A stretch of 64,000 nt of DNA from Camelus dromedarius (taxonomy: Eukaryota): contig NC_087437.1 of assembly GCF_036321535.1 (NCBI RefSeq), forward strand, positions 66,652,001-66,716,000. Reading direction: 5' to 3'. The number at the start of each line of letters is the position of its first letter. Position 1 is the stretch's first letter. A program made the position numbers and the translations under genes. Below the pieces are notes generated by a model. The model made no database searches, was not told the DNA's origin, and worked only from the letters and a program-made list of their open reading frames with translations. Positions 38,457 to 51,614 of this stretch are shown in pieces.

Positions 38457-38564
38457 CCAAACCAGCCCCGTCCGCTAATCAGCTCCTGCCCTGGGCCATT
38501 ATTATCCCGATCTCAGCATCTCTGATCATTGCACTAATACTAGGACTAGCATGGCTGTTCTGCA
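38457..38564 (+). CDS. CD80: CD80 exon 5, stalk and transmembrane helix (alternative start 38454)
   Basis: Polypyrimidine tract plus CAGCAG acceptor. Translates (S)KPAPSANQLLPWAIIIPISASLIIALILGLAWLFC. Donor A|GTAAGT. 108 or 111 nt, phase 1-1. Not in the ORF track in this frame. Confidence 0.93.
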
Positions 38565-39445
38565 GTAAGTAATACTGTACTGTCCTAACAATCTCAATTC
38601 CTGGATGCCCTCCATCAGTAAGGGTCAGCATTTGTATGAGGTTTTAGCCTATTTCATTCTCATTTTTGGAGTAAATCTATGGAAACTTACTGTCTCTTTT
38701 ACTTGCCAAATTCTGTTCATTCACTGGACAGATATTTCTTGGACACCTGCTATGTGCCTGGCACTCTACTAGGCACTGGAGTTACAAAGATGAGAAATCA
38801 CTGCCCTCAAGACACATTCTAGTTTAGCCCTTTTAATTTTCCCCGTAGCTATATATTTTCTTAGGGACACCAAGGCTTGCTAACTAAATTGAAATGTATC
38901 TGATGCAAAGTGATGTAATCTTTGATTTGTAATTGGAGGAAAGGCAGAATGACAAAATTTAGGGGCGAGAATCATTTTCTTGGAGGAGGGTAAGATGCAC
39001 AAATGAGATGTTGTTGAGTAGCCAAATCGCCACAGGTGATTTTACCAATTCTTAATTCTTCAGAATTTATTTTTGGGAGAAAGATCAAGAGTAGCTGAGG
39101 AAGAGACATGTAGGGTATTTTTTTTCCGATGAATTTAATTTTTTGGCCTTGCACACATGCTACCCTCAATCTTTGTAAATGAAGAGGAACACTAGGCCAG
39201 GGCTAAGGCTATAGTCACCACAAAGGAACACCAACCTCTTTTGAACTAGAAATCATGTACACTGAGCAAAGAAAACTGGAAGAACAACATCTGCTGATTT
39301 TCCCAACTCTCAGCACACAAAAAATTTCAAAGCTCAAGGAAGTCACTACTCTTCACTATGAACAACTCACCCCACAGGTAACAAAGAGGTCTGATGGGCT
39401 CAAGAATGTTTCTAACACAGACTGTGCAGCCTTACTCCTCTAGTT

Positions 39446-39679
39446 CAGTTTTTCATCCTTAGTGCTACTGACTTTGAGGGCTGGGCCATTCTTTGTTTTA
39501 GGGGGCTGTTCTGTGCATTGTAGGATGTTTAGCAGCATCCCTGGCCTCCACTCACCATACGCCAATAGCACCTCTTCCTCCAGCTGTGACAACCAAGGAT
39601 GTCTCTAAGCATTACATATGTCCCCTGGGGGGGGGGGGGGTGGCGGTGGTGAAAATCACCCCAGCTTGAGAACCACAGC
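39446..39679. mobile_element. MER20 hAT element 100 bp upstream of CD80 exon 6, with an internal poly(G) run
   Basis: ctgtgcattgtaggatgtttagcagcatccctggcctccactcacc...gtgacaaccaa...aaaatcaccccagcttgagaaccac. Confidence 0.85.
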
Positions 39680-39777
39680 TCTAGTTCTAAGCCAGTCAAA
39701 GGTCAGCTGAAGTATATGGGTGCAACTTAAGGGAAAATGACGTATGTAGATTCTTAGTGCTTGTGCTTGTCTTCAAG

Positions 39778-39878
39778 GACTTGCTGCAAGACAGAGAGAG
39801 AGAAGGAGGAATGAGGAGAGCTTGGAAATGGAAAGGCTCTCTCCAGTCTGCATAGGACGTGTGGAAGGATCGGGCTGA
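39778..39878 (+). CDS. CD80: CD80 exon 6 coding part, cytoplasmic tail; exon ends at 39893
   Basis: Acceptor cttcaag|, translates (R)LAARQRERRRNEESLEMERLSPVCIGRVEGSG*, including the B7-1 RRRNE motif. Donor GAG|GTAGCC. Total CDS 909 nt = 302 aa. Confidence 0.92.
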
Positions 39879-41691
39879 CCAGAACACATGGAGGTAGCCC
39901 CGTTTAGCTCTTCTCTACCAATGTGGGATGTGTGAGATCTTGTGGCTGATGGGGCACAGGGTTTTCTTCCTCTCAGTACCAAATTTTAGACTTTTATCTA
40001 CTACCACCTTCTCAAAATCCTCATTCAGAGTATTCTAAACAGATGGTTGGCACCTTTCTCCCCACATAAAATTTGCTTATTTTAACCTCTTCCTTTGCTG
40101 TGCCATTTTGCTGTCTTGAAATATTCTCCGGTTGTCTATTAACTCAGTGTCTTTCAGTATCTCTCAAACACGCACTGTTCCTGGGTTAACTCCTTATTCT
40201 ATCATTCCTTTTCCCCTGTAACCTGCTGTACTGATGGACACAGACTGGGGTCACTCTGTACTAATTCAGTAACATGTCACTGGTCTCTCTGCTTCTTACT
40301 GAATCATCCTACCTACTCAATCACAGAGCCAAATTTCATAAAGAATTACTTCTCCATGTCATTTAAAAAACTCAGAGGAGACCCCCGTGTTTACAGGAAA
40401 AGCTTTAGAACTTTCAACTTTCCACATTCAGTTGATCTCTTCAGTCTAAACATCCTCAGTTGTTTCAATTGTTTCAATTGTTTTTCACATGACAATTTTC
40501 AGAAGCTCCACATAAACACACTAGATGTCAATAAGTGGTGTCCAAGACTTTAGATTTGATCTGATTCTACATATGATGGGGTAATTACTATCCAGGGTCT
40601 GGAATGTCCTTTCTGTTAAGGGAAACTAACACAGAATCAGCTTTTGTAAGTCAAACTATCAACTTACATCAATTTTGCACTATCCTAAAATCCCCAGGTC
40701 CTTTCAGGTAACAGAAACATTGGGACATTAGAATCCAAGAGACTGATAGCAGGTTCAGGGTGGTTTATAATATCCATAATCAGTTCAGTTTTGACTTGCA
40801 GAAGTTAGGGTAACACCTACATAAAAAAAAAAAAAACGAGAGTCTGGAGAGTTACCTTTAAACATAAAAGAAAATGAAATGTAATACCTGAAACTTACAG
40901 AACAGGTTCTGTTTCACAAACACATTATTTCATTTTAGTCTTATAACAATCTCTATGAGCAAGATCTTTCTGTTTTATGGGAGGGAAACCCAAGGCTCCC
41001 AGAGGTTGAGTGACCTGCCTAAGGTCAGATAGCTAAAAGGGAGCAAAACCAGGCCCCAGCTGGAAACCAAGCTCAGGCTCCTCTCATGATACCAAAGCAT
41101 CCTGTATTTTCCCCACAGCAATCTCTTAGCTTCCTATCCTGTTTTCTTTTCATATCAACTTCTTGCTCATTCCTCAGGAAGCCCTTCCCAGGATATTCCC
41201 TTCAGTTCTGCAATTACCTCACATTTCCCTGACTTTACTTCTGTCTTAAAAGTCTTCTGCTCAGTCAGCTGATACTTCACAATGAAGCCACAAAGCCAGT
41301 CTTCTACACAAGCCTTCTGTGTCCCCCTTGACCAGTTCAAGAAGCTCTGCCTCTGACTGCTGGAGCAGTGCCACCCCTAGCACTTTACTCTCCACCCTGG
41401 GTTTATTTTCATGGGCTGTGTCTTATATTCTCTACCAAATTATAGCCAATCACGCCCGATACACCTTTGTTTGCCCCACATACAGATGAGTGCCCTGATC
41501 AATAACATTTGGTTGGTTGGTGATAGCTGGCGCTTAATATTTGCCTGATATTTCGTGTAGTAAAAATGTCAGACTTGTAATTTAGACTTGCCTTTCTGTT
41601 CATTAGCCATCAAGATTAATATCTATAATGTTATCTCAATCTGGGAATACTGTAGCAATAAAAAATATAAAACTTTAAATGTTTTCTTCAG

Positions 41692-43280
41692 GTCCCACCT
41701 CCATCTGAGATTGACCTCTTCTTGAATTTCCTCAAATGACCAAGATTATCACATCTCGCCCTTCATGTACCTGTTCTCTGGGAGCCTCTTCGTACCAGTG
41801 GCTTTGCAGAAAGTGATCAGAGGAATATGGTGGGGTCAGAAGTAGATCTGGTGACTCTGACCAAGGATTTGAAAACAGAATTCCTTAGACCTGGAAGAGA
41901 CATTCGTGAATACTAGTCTTACTAATGACAAGGATATCGGAGTCCTGGGAGGTAACTTGAATTGTAAAGGCCAGGGCTAGAACTTAGATTTCCTTGCTCT
42001 GGTGCTTTTCCTTCATCAATCCATCTCTGTGCTATTAACTGGTGTGTGTGTATACACACACACCAGTCATAGTGCTTCTGGAAACAGAAACTTACCATCA
42101 TCAAGGTCAGCTTCAGAGATGATCTGATGCAGCACTGGAGGATGCTGTGTTGTTAAAAGCAACCTAATGCGAATGTGTGGGAAGTGTGTGGTGTGCACAC
42201 CAAATGAGGATAATGGAAATATTACTGGTGTTTAGCTAGCAGTTCATTTTCATTGTTCCTCTCCCACTTCTCTACCAGGTTCAGGAGGAAGCAGATCCAG
42301 CTAAAACCAATTTCCTCTGGCATGTAAGAGGAATGAGTTATACACATCAAAGTAACAGTCAGATTGGAGAGGGATGGTTTACATTCTACTGGTTCACATT
42401 GGACTGATAATCTCCTTAAATGGCTTTATGCTAGTTTAGTCTCATTTGTAAAGTATTTATGACAAAGTTCTCATTTAAAATGAGACAGATCATCCATGAA
42501 GAGCTCATCTGACTGACCCCAAGGCCACCAACTTAACTCCTGAGGTGCTCTGTAGGTAGTAGAGGCTGGCAGAGAGCAGACTCAAGTCCTCTTTATAGGG
42601 GTGGCCCAAATGTTGTCACTACAAAGCCTCTAAGGATCCCTCCATTGAAATGGAATATTGTGCGGGGTACAGAGGCACCATGGTACTGATCTAGTGGGAG
42701 ATCACCCAACTCCACTTGGGCCTAAGCCCACAGTGCAACCTAGACCTAGAAGCACAAAGAAATCTAATTGTGGAACACCACCCTGTAACTGAGGTACAGT
42801 GTAGCTTTTGAAAATTCAAAACTATAATACCTCTAGGGACAAAAATAAATGATGTTCCCGCTCCAAAAATTAAACAATAGATTAAATTATGCTAAATAGT
42901 CTAAGAGACAGGCTGTACCCAGAACAAAATTACTTTAGAAAATAAAGGTAGTGAATTGACAAGAACTTGAAGCAAAGAAACAAATAACAAGAAAAACCCA
43001 GGAATTGCTGCATTTAGTTAAGTCAGTACAATCCTTGGACATGATCAAAAGTTCTTAAAAATTCGCTACAAAACAGTACAAATCTAAAAAAATTTATGAA
43101 ATAAATTATAAAAATTATTAAATAAAATTTAATATTTTTTCAAAGAGTTATATTTTACTTTCATTCTGACATTTTTGTGATATGAATAATTTTACAACCA
43201 ACCATCAGATTTTTTAATTTGTAGCTGAAGGATTTAATCTATATGTGAATAAAACAATAAACAGATTGACTAATTGCCAA
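41692..43280 (+). other. CD80: CD80 exon 7 (3'UTR), probable poly(A) signals AATAAA at 43248 and 43256
   Basis: Acceptor ttttcttcag|GTCCCACCTCCAT... matches the human last-exon start as recalled. AU-rich distal region with several AATAAA. 3' end approximate. Confidence 0.75.
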
Positions 43281-43377
43281 TCTGTCAGCAATTTATGAAT
43301 GGGATGCTTTGTGGAGTGTGGCAATAATACGTAAATCATGGTAAAACATACTAGCACAAAGGTTTTCATATCCTTTT

Positions 43378-43503
43378 TGTTGTTTTGGGGAAGTAGGGGG
43401 AAGTATTAGGGTTTTTATTTTAGAGGAAGTACCGGGGATTTGAACCCAGGACCTCACGTATGCTAAGCGTGCACTCTACCACTGAGCTAGATTCTCCCTG
43501 CCA
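43378..43503 (-). mobile_element. tRNA-derived SINE (Vic-1-like) with 16-bp target-site duplication
   Basis: Reverse complement reads tagctcagtggtagagtgcacgcttagcatacgtgaggtcctgggttcaaatcccc. TSD gtt(t/c)tcatatcctttt at 43362-43377 and 43504-43519. Confidence 0.9.
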
Positions 43504-44023
43504 GTTCTCATATCCTTTTAACTGCTGATACGTGTTATCAGATGATGCCCTGTGTCCCACGGCATTGCACTATGCTTTACACACATCATTTCATTTAATG
43601 ACCATTCTGAGGCAGATGCTGTCTCAATTGACAAACGAGAAAACTTGAGATTCAAAGTCAAATGGCTCTGCTGTAGGTCACCTGGCTGTGAAGCCACAGG
43701 GCTGACATTCCAGGACAGTGGTTCTGCCTCCAGAGCCCACAGTTTTAGCCACTACTCCAGGCTGCTTCCCAAACACTGCTCATGTGAACAACAGTATTTT
43801 CAGAGTAGGAACTAAGAGACTAACCCCAAACAAAGCACGAGCAGTTTTTCCCTCAGGACACCTTATTCAGTCATTTCAATGTTACCATCTGCAGGGCAGC
43901 CTCTTCTGGGCAGCAAGCTCCCGGAGTGCAGAGACTGGGTATCTATTCTGAGTCACTTTTGCATGCTACAGCAGAGATACTTGGTCTGCAATACTGACAG
44001 AGGAAACAAGGTCTGAGTGTTTC

Positions 44024-44103
44024 TTTAATAATGTTTACCTACTTCCTTTTTGTTAAGTTTTATTTTCTTTCAAATGGCATAGAAACCATCTTTGATTTTT
44101 ATT
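44024..44103 (-). terminator. TIMMDC1: TIMMDC1 candidate poly(A) signals: AATAAA at 44098-44103 and 44059-44064, ATTAAA at 44024-44029
   Basis: Three hexamers clustered about 470-540 nt after the stop codon on the minus strand. Confidence 0.6.
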
Positions 44104-44568
44104 AAAAAAAACACTACTATACAATTAGGCCCTTACTGTTTCTAGGACCAAGGGCACAAGAGTTTCACTTGCCATTTGCCTTACCTGGTTCTTTCCTTTC
44201 CTCCTCCTAGTCATCCCTACAGTACCCTTTTGGAGGACTACAGGAATAAATTTACAACCGTAGAATTCAACTGTGATCTTCTGGGAGATTTTAAATTTAC
44301 TGTTGAAACACTCAGGGAAAGGAGATCTATACTGATCAATCAATACAATGTCAAATATATAGATATAAATATGTATTTAAAGTTAAGGAAGAGTAAAGCA
44401 AGAGTATAATAGTCCAACTCTTGGTTAAAAAGAAAAAGGTAAAAGCACGGCATTGCCACTCCAGATGCCAGTGCTTACATCTGTCAGCAGCCCGACCAGC
44501 TGGTATTCAAAGGACATGGCAACATAGCTCCCTTCAACTCTCCAATGAGTTTTAACTCCAGAGCATTT

Positions 44569-44719
44569 TTAGTCCTTGTCTTGCTTATTTGTCGAAGAAG
44601 GGTTTCGAGGAAGATTTAGCAGTGCTTCAATTTTCTTAGCATCATCCTTGGGTTGATTTTTCTGTAAACTACTTTCAATTTCTTCAGGGAGGAGCTCAGT
44701 AAATTGTATTCTGGCTTTC
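44569..44719 (-). CDS. TIMMDC1: TIMMDC1 exon 7 coding part
   Basis: Acceptor attacag|, translates [49 protein letters not shown]. Total CDS 858 nt = 285 aa. Confidence 0.96.
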
Positions 44720-46861
44720 CTGTAATCAAAGAATGAAAAGTATGTATCAAGTACTGCTCCATTTCTTTAGTTCTTAGAGAGTTTATTTTTTAAGATAGTA
44801 TTTATCTCATTCTCTCCTACAACTTATTAGCAAACACTGCTCCTTACACTTTAAATACAATGACTTTCTTCTCTCTCCCAATCTATTCCACTCACAAGCC
44901 AACTAAGATTCTTACATTACCAAAATGGACATTGCTGGGGCAGCAGCCCTGATCCTGAAGATATTCCAGAGCTCTCTGAGATGACACCCTGAACTAAGGT
45001 GTGAGCCTTGAAACAAGACTGTCCTTTTGTCCTCAGGCCCCAGGGCCCAGGGAAATCCCCCACCACTCTGTTAAACTCTGTTGACAGACTTTGTAGGACA
45101 TGCACAAAGGTTGTAACATTGAAAATCTCGGTACAGAAGTCAGATAGGACAACACTACAGATGTATGTTTACTAGGAGTTAAAATCAATTTCCAAATCAG
45201 TTCTTTTTCCAAGTCAAGTATTATTGTCTTTCTTTCTTTAAGTGGTTATCAGGGTCACCTATGACTTTCTTCTCAACTCTTCAGAGCCAGATTTGACCAT
45301 TTCTTTTTCCATATCTCTACAGTCAGTGTTCTATATTTTCTCCTCACTAAGGCAACTTTTTAGATTCTCATTTTGATTTCTCTATACTGTAGTTATTTTC
45401 AAGCAAAGAAGCAGACATATAAAAAGTTCTTTATTTACTAACTCTCCTCAGAATTCCACATAAATTTAAATAACCTATATACTTTTGACACTATTTTCTT
45501 CTGCCAAAATATTCTTCCATTTCTATAGTTCAAGTTATTGTTTTTACCCATTCTTGAGGCTTTCCATTGCTAGTTAAGTGACTTCTCTAGTTTTTTTTTT
45601 TTTTTTTGGTTTTCTTTTTCCTGATTGGAATACAATTATTATTTGTTCATATTTTTCCAAATGTCAATTTTCTATAACTTCCTATATCAGATTCAAATAA
45701 CCAATATACTTTCCTTACACCTTTCCAATTCCTTTCTCAAAGCTTCCTTTTTAAAAAAGAAGTCTTATGACACCTAAAGAATTAGAAATAAGCTAATGCT
45801 TTCAGGCTTTTAATTCTCCATAATATCAAATTTTATGCTGGCATTCAGAATTTCAAGTGCTTTATCCTAGAACCTAGACAGCTGCATATCTCACTCACTC
45901 TCTTACTATGGAGAAGAGGAAGGTGTGAAACAAACATATGTTGAATATTGTGGTGTGATTCTGCCTTTTGAACAGCTGAGGGCTTAAAGTTAAGGAAAAC
46001 ATCTAAGGTTATAAAATTAATTAATAGTCTAGCTGGGATGTAAGCTTTGTTTTCAAGGTTTCATTGGCTCCAAAATCAATGCTCTTTCTCCTATAGCACC
46101 TAAGTCCTTGGACAAGAGATATTCAGATACTAAGAATTTTCGTGTATGTGTGTATGTATGTGTTTAGCACAAACGGAAGTTTCAAGTAAAAACATGGGAA
46201 AAAGAAGACCACTTATCTATTCAACTATCAAAGCAGCAGTAGCAGCAGATGTCATCTTAGCGGCCAGAAAGCAGAACTATGAGAATCATTTGTACCAAAG
46301 CACTAGATGACAGCCTATTATGATGCTCTTACAAAGAAGTAGCACGAAGTCCGCTATCACTGGACCTCAGAGAGTGACTAGATGAACAGGTGACAGTTTA
46401 CATCCTTCTCAGTGGCATCCAGTCCATGAACAGCCACTGTATCTGCTGAATTCCTGTGCATCCACATCAAGAAGTAGAATCTTTGAATGTGGAGGCCTTA
46501 CATGCTCTGTAGTGTTCATAGATGTGTGTGTAAACAAGGAGATCATCTTTAAATAAAGGCAAGTAAAGGAAATTTATTTCCTATGCAACCGAGAACATAG
46601 GAAAAGAAAAAATAGGCAACTAAATGAGATTTACAACATTTTAACTTTTAAAAGAAATGTATCTAAGGAAAGATTCTCAGTGTCTTTCATTGTTCCATTC
46701 TCCTTAATTAAAAAGATTAAAAGACCAGGGTGGGTACAAGCTGAAGGTAAAAAGAAACTCTTCTTTGAATTGAGTGGCAATTTACAGTCCTTAGTTTCAG
46801 AGAGCACCATAGCCTGCAGATAGGGAAGTCAGAAACCCTGATCCTAATGTGTGCTCCTTAC

Positions 46862-46972
46862 CGCTCTTCCAGTTTCAGCTCCTGGAGTGCTTTTCGATCC
46901 TTCTGTCTTCTCTCCTGAACTGTCTCACCACAGTACTTCTGAAGTGCCATCAACAGGCTTCCTATAGGAGTG
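46862..46972 (-). CDS. TIMMDC1: TIMMDC1 exon 6
   Basis: Acceptor cctcag|, translates [36 protein letters not shown](R), donor |GTAAGG. 111 nt. Confidence 0.95.
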
Positions 46973-47619
46973 CTGAGGGGGAGGCGGAGGGAATGCTTAG
47001 GAGAAAGAGCCATTAGACCATGCAACACGTTGAGTGTTTCTGCTAAGGCACAAGCAACACCAACTGAGCCACCTGCTCACTGACATGTACAGGAACATCT
47101 GACAATTAAAGTGTCCTGGTCAAATAAAAAATATTAAGGTAATTTCCTTCCTGGTCTGAATAAAAGAAAAAACAATCATCGCAACTTCCTAAAATTAACT
47201 GGTATAAAAACAAAAGGTCTATAAACTGGCTGTTTTTCATCACGAATGATAAATAAAGTGGGAAAAATATATTTAAGACAAGTTCCAATAAGCAGCTTTA
47301 TACTGAAGGTTTCTTAGAAGTGAAATTAATATCAGGAATGATGATCAGATCCCCTTAAGGGGCAAAAAATGTGGAAGGCATTTTTGGTTGTGGGAAGGAT
47401 GGTACTGGCTTTTAGGCGTGGAGCTGCCAAAACATCCTAAAATTCAAGAGTCTGGCACAACTAACCTCAACCCCGAATGCTCACCGAAAAACTGATTTAG
47501 ATAACAATCAGGACAGTAATAAAGAGGGTTTGGTTCGTGTTTTCAAAGAGAAGGAGTTTTTGACTCTGATATAAATTAAGTTGTAACCACATTTTTAAAA
47601 CTGTTTTTGCTAGGTAGAA

Positions 47620-48030
47620 ACATTCATCAATGATGAATGCATAAAGGAAATGTGGTATATACAGTGGACTATTATGCAGCCCTAAAAAGGGACACCCTGT
47701 CACATGCTACAATGTGGATGAACCTCAAGGGCAGTATGCTAAGGAAACAGACCAGTTATAAAGGGATAAATATTGTATGAGTCCATTCATATGAAGTACA
47801 TAGTAGTCAAAATCACAGAAACAGAAAGTAGAAAGGTGGCTGCCAAAGGATGTGTGGTGGGGGAAGGGAGAATTAGTGTTTAATGGGGACAGTTTCAGTT
47901 TTGCAAGATGAAAAAGTTCTAGAGATCTGTTGCACAACGTGAATATAGTTAACACTACTGAACTGTACACTTAAAAGTGGTTAAGATGGTAATTTTTATG
48001 TTATGCTTTTTTTAACCACAATAAAAAAAT
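47620..48030 (+). mobile_element. L1MB-like 3' fragment in TIMMDC1 intron 5
   Basis: gatgaatgcataaaggaaatgtggtatatac ... ggttaagatggtaatttttatgttatgc...accacaataaaaaa. Confidence 0.85.
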
Positions 48031-48383
48031 TATTTTGTGGCTAATTCAATAATTTTTCCCTTCAAACCAAGCTAGTATATTAACAACACAACAAAAATAA
48101 GGTCAGCAATAGGTTGTAACATGCTGAATTTCAAAACAATTTTTAATTTAAAAAAATCCATAAAGCTTTACTGTTTCCTCCCCAAAAGGGGATATAAAAA
48201 GGGATGTTTTACAACCACCTTTATAATAACTGATTCCAACAGGGATCATCAATGGGTCATTAAAACCACTAGAAGAAAGATAGCCAGACAGTGGGCTGTT
48301 CACACAGTCTTACCCCACAGATTGCTTATTAACCACAATGGGAAAAAGATATTGCAGTGGAGAAATTTAGTAGATACCAAACA

Positions 48384-48981
48384 TGGTAGGCAGAATTCTA
48401 AAATGGTCCCCTGAAATTTCCTGTCCTAATTTCTCAACTATGAATACAGTATTATGCCTGTGATTATATTATGTTACACAGCAAAACGAATTTTACAGAT
48501 GGAATTAAGGTTACTGATCAGTTGAATCTGAGCCAATCAAAAAGGAGATTATCTGGGTGAACCCTTTAAAAGCAGTTTTCTCCAGCTGGTGGCAGAATAG
48601 AAGTCAGAGAGATTAAAAGTATGAGAGGGATTCAACATGCTGGTTGCTGGTTTGAACACGAAGCGGGCACTGTGGGAAGGAATGTGGATGCGTCTAGGAA
48701 CAGGGTGGTGCCTGGCTGACAGCAAGCCAGGAAATGAGGACTTCAGACCTACAGCCACAAGGTTTCTGTCAACAAGTTGAACTTTATAAAAACAAATTCT
48801 TCCTGCAGAGCCACCAGTTTAAGAGCCTGCGTGGCCAACACTTTGATTTTGGTCTTGTGAAATCCTGAGCAGAGAACCCATCTGAGCCTACCCAGACTTC
48901 TGACCTACAGAAAAGTGATATAAGTGGGTGGTGTTTCGAGCTGCTGAATTTGTGGTTATACAGCAACGGAAAACTGATACA
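48384..48981 (+). mobile_element. MaLR LTR (MLT1D/E/F-like) nested in an old L1M remnant (about 48250-49570)
   Basis: tggtaggcagaattctaaaatggtcccc ... gtggttatacagcaacggaaaactgataca. Confidence 0.8.
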
Positions 48982-49931
48982 CCAGGTTAGCATCACTTAC
49001 AATGGGTGACATAATATGTCTCTTGATGTGATACAATGAGAAGGATACAACTTCACCTCTGTTGTGTTCCTCATGAAAATATTCGACCTAAATCTAATCA
49101 TGAAGGGATAATCAAGTAAAATTGAGAAATATTCTTGGGGGAATAAAGGCAGTGGAACCATTCTAACTTAAGGGAATCTAAAGAGACATGATGACAAAAT
49201 GCAAGAAACAATTAGATCTTGGATTTTTAAAAATTATATATGTATTATTATAACTGAGGAATTTTGAATTTGGACCCTATCTTAGATAGTACTGAATCAA
49301 TGCCAAATTATTTATTATGATAACTGTTCTGTGATATCATTGGAGAATGTTCTTCATCCTGGGAGATATATGCTGATGTATTTAGAGCTGAAGAATTATG
49401 AGGTCTCAAATGGTTTGGAAAAAAAAAAGAAGAAAAAGAAATCTACACACATCCCACACATATACAGAGAGAGAAAACAAATATGGAAAAATGTTAACAA
49501 TTGGTGAATCTAAGTGAAGGGTACTAATTCAACTTTTCTACAGGTTTGAAATTTTTCAAAGTAAAAATTGGAGAAGAAAATTCTTAAAGTTTATTAAACT
49601 AAACAAATAAAACCTAACTGAAAAATTCTTACAGAACGTGCTCTTTAACTGTTTCTTATTTTTTTTTCCTGCCCCTTATAATATCTTTGTTCAAACCTCA
49701 AATAGTTTCAGGTGTTAGTGATATTTAAACAGTTTTTACCTGGTGAAAACTCCAAGTCAACAATTAGGGTAGAATCAGAATTAGATAGTCAAAGCTACTG
49801 CCAATACAAGACTAGAGACCTTTTATAGGCCCTAAGGATTAAATTTGTTCTTTAGAAATGATGAGATTTTTAACAGGCAAGGCATGAATAAAAGTTATGT
49901 TAATTTAGAATCAAACCACGTTAACACTTAC

Positions 49932-50010
49932 CCTAACAAGGCTCCAATTACACCACCAGCTACCAGGCCATGCAGGCCTAAGTTTATTCTAAAAAGACTT
50001 CCTGTGACAG
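49932..50010 (-). CDS. TIMMDC1: TIMMDC1 exon 5
   Basis: Acceptor aaatag|, translates [25 protein letters not shown](G), with glycine-zipper transmembrane motifs. Donor |GTAAGT. 79 nt. Confidence 0.95.
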
Positions 50011-50694
50011 CTATTTTAAAAGAAACAAACAAAATGCAATATTAAATCATCTTTTAACACTAGAGTTCCATTTAAAAATATCCCCTCTATAAAAAGGGCA
50101 TAAACCTCTAAATAAGCTTTCTGAACCCAACATAAATATACCACCACAACCTAGCATTTCCTGAATCTAAAGTACAGTTACAGCCAGCTTCTTATCCACT
50201 CTGCAGGTTCAAAGGAAGAAATGGTCCTTTTACAAACTGAATTGCTCAATCTGTTCCACGGACCTAACCTCTTGTTATTCTGCTTCATTTTTGCCAACCT
50301 CACCTTAAAAGTCTATTATTTCTTCACTTTCACCTCTTCCATTTCTTCCTTCTCTAAGGAAAGCGTTCCCCAAATAAATAACACCTTCACCAGCCCCTGC
50401 AGTTTATGCCTTCCCCCAGCCTTCCCCTGTCTGTACAGCTACCCTACACCTCTGGAGCAGGCCTGTTGAGTGGGCAGTTGGCCTACAACGCCATCTGGTG
50501 GCCGGGGCACAGGCCGACTTTCCTTCTCACTAAGATTGAACACTCAAGATGTCCATTCGTTTTCCTCTTTCAACATGTACAACACAACTAATGCCATTCC
50601 AGGTGGTAACATTTTTAAAAATTAACATTTGAGGTTTATTCCTTATTTAAGTACTACAGATTCATTTCAGTCTTCTCTTCCAAACCAAATATTT

Positions 50695-51540
50695 CTAAAA
50701 ACCTATTAGCCAAAATCTGGAACACTGACAACCCCACCAAATGCTGGTGAGGATATAGAGCAACAAAAACTTGCATTCCTTCCAGGTGAGAATGCAAAAT
50801 GGTGTCTCTACTTTAGAAGACTGGTGGTTTCTTATAAAACTAAACATAGTCTTACTGCACCATCCAGCAATGACACAAAAGAGTTGAAAACTTACGTACA
50901 CACAAAAACCTGAACACAGATGTTTATAGCAGTTGTGCTCATAACTGTCAAAACTTGGAAGCAACCAAAATGTCCTTCAATAGGTAATGGGTAAATAAAT
51001 TGTTGTACATCCAGGCAATAGATTATTCAGTGCTAAACAGAAATGAGCTATCAAATCATGAAAAGACATGGAGGAAACTTAAATGCATATTATTAAGTAA
51101 AAGCCGCCAATCTGAAAAAGCTACATACTGTATGATTCCAACTATATAACATTCTGGAAAAAACAAAACTATGGAGATAATAAAAAGATCAACGGTTGCA
51201 GGGGCTGAGGGTGGGAGATGGAGATCAGTAGGCAGAGCAGATTTTTTAGGGCAGGGAAAACACTTTTTGTGATACCATAATGGTGGATACATGTCATCAT
51301 GCACTTGCCCAAACCCACAGAATGTAAAACAACGTGTGAACCCTAAAGTAAACTATGGACTTTGGGTGATGATGTATCAATACAGGTTCTTCAATTGTAA
51401 TACACATACCACTCTGGTGCGGCATATTAACAGTGAGAGAGACTGTGTATGTAGGGGGGAAGAAGTATACGTCAATTCTTTGTATCTTCTGCTCAATTTT
51501 GCTGTGAATCTAAAACTGCTTTAAAAAACAGTCAATTAAA
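50695..51540 (+). mobile_element. L1MC-like 3' fragment
   Basis: ORF2 C-terminal remnant (aaaacttggaagcaaccaaaatgtccttcaatagg) and 3'UTR gtgaaccctaaagtaaactatggactttgggtgatgatg. Confidence 0.85.
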
Positions 51541-51614
51541 AAGGGGGAGGAGGGTGAGTAGTGGGGTTTAGAAGCTGCCAGAGGCCACACATCAAAAATG
51601 GAGTCAGATTATTA

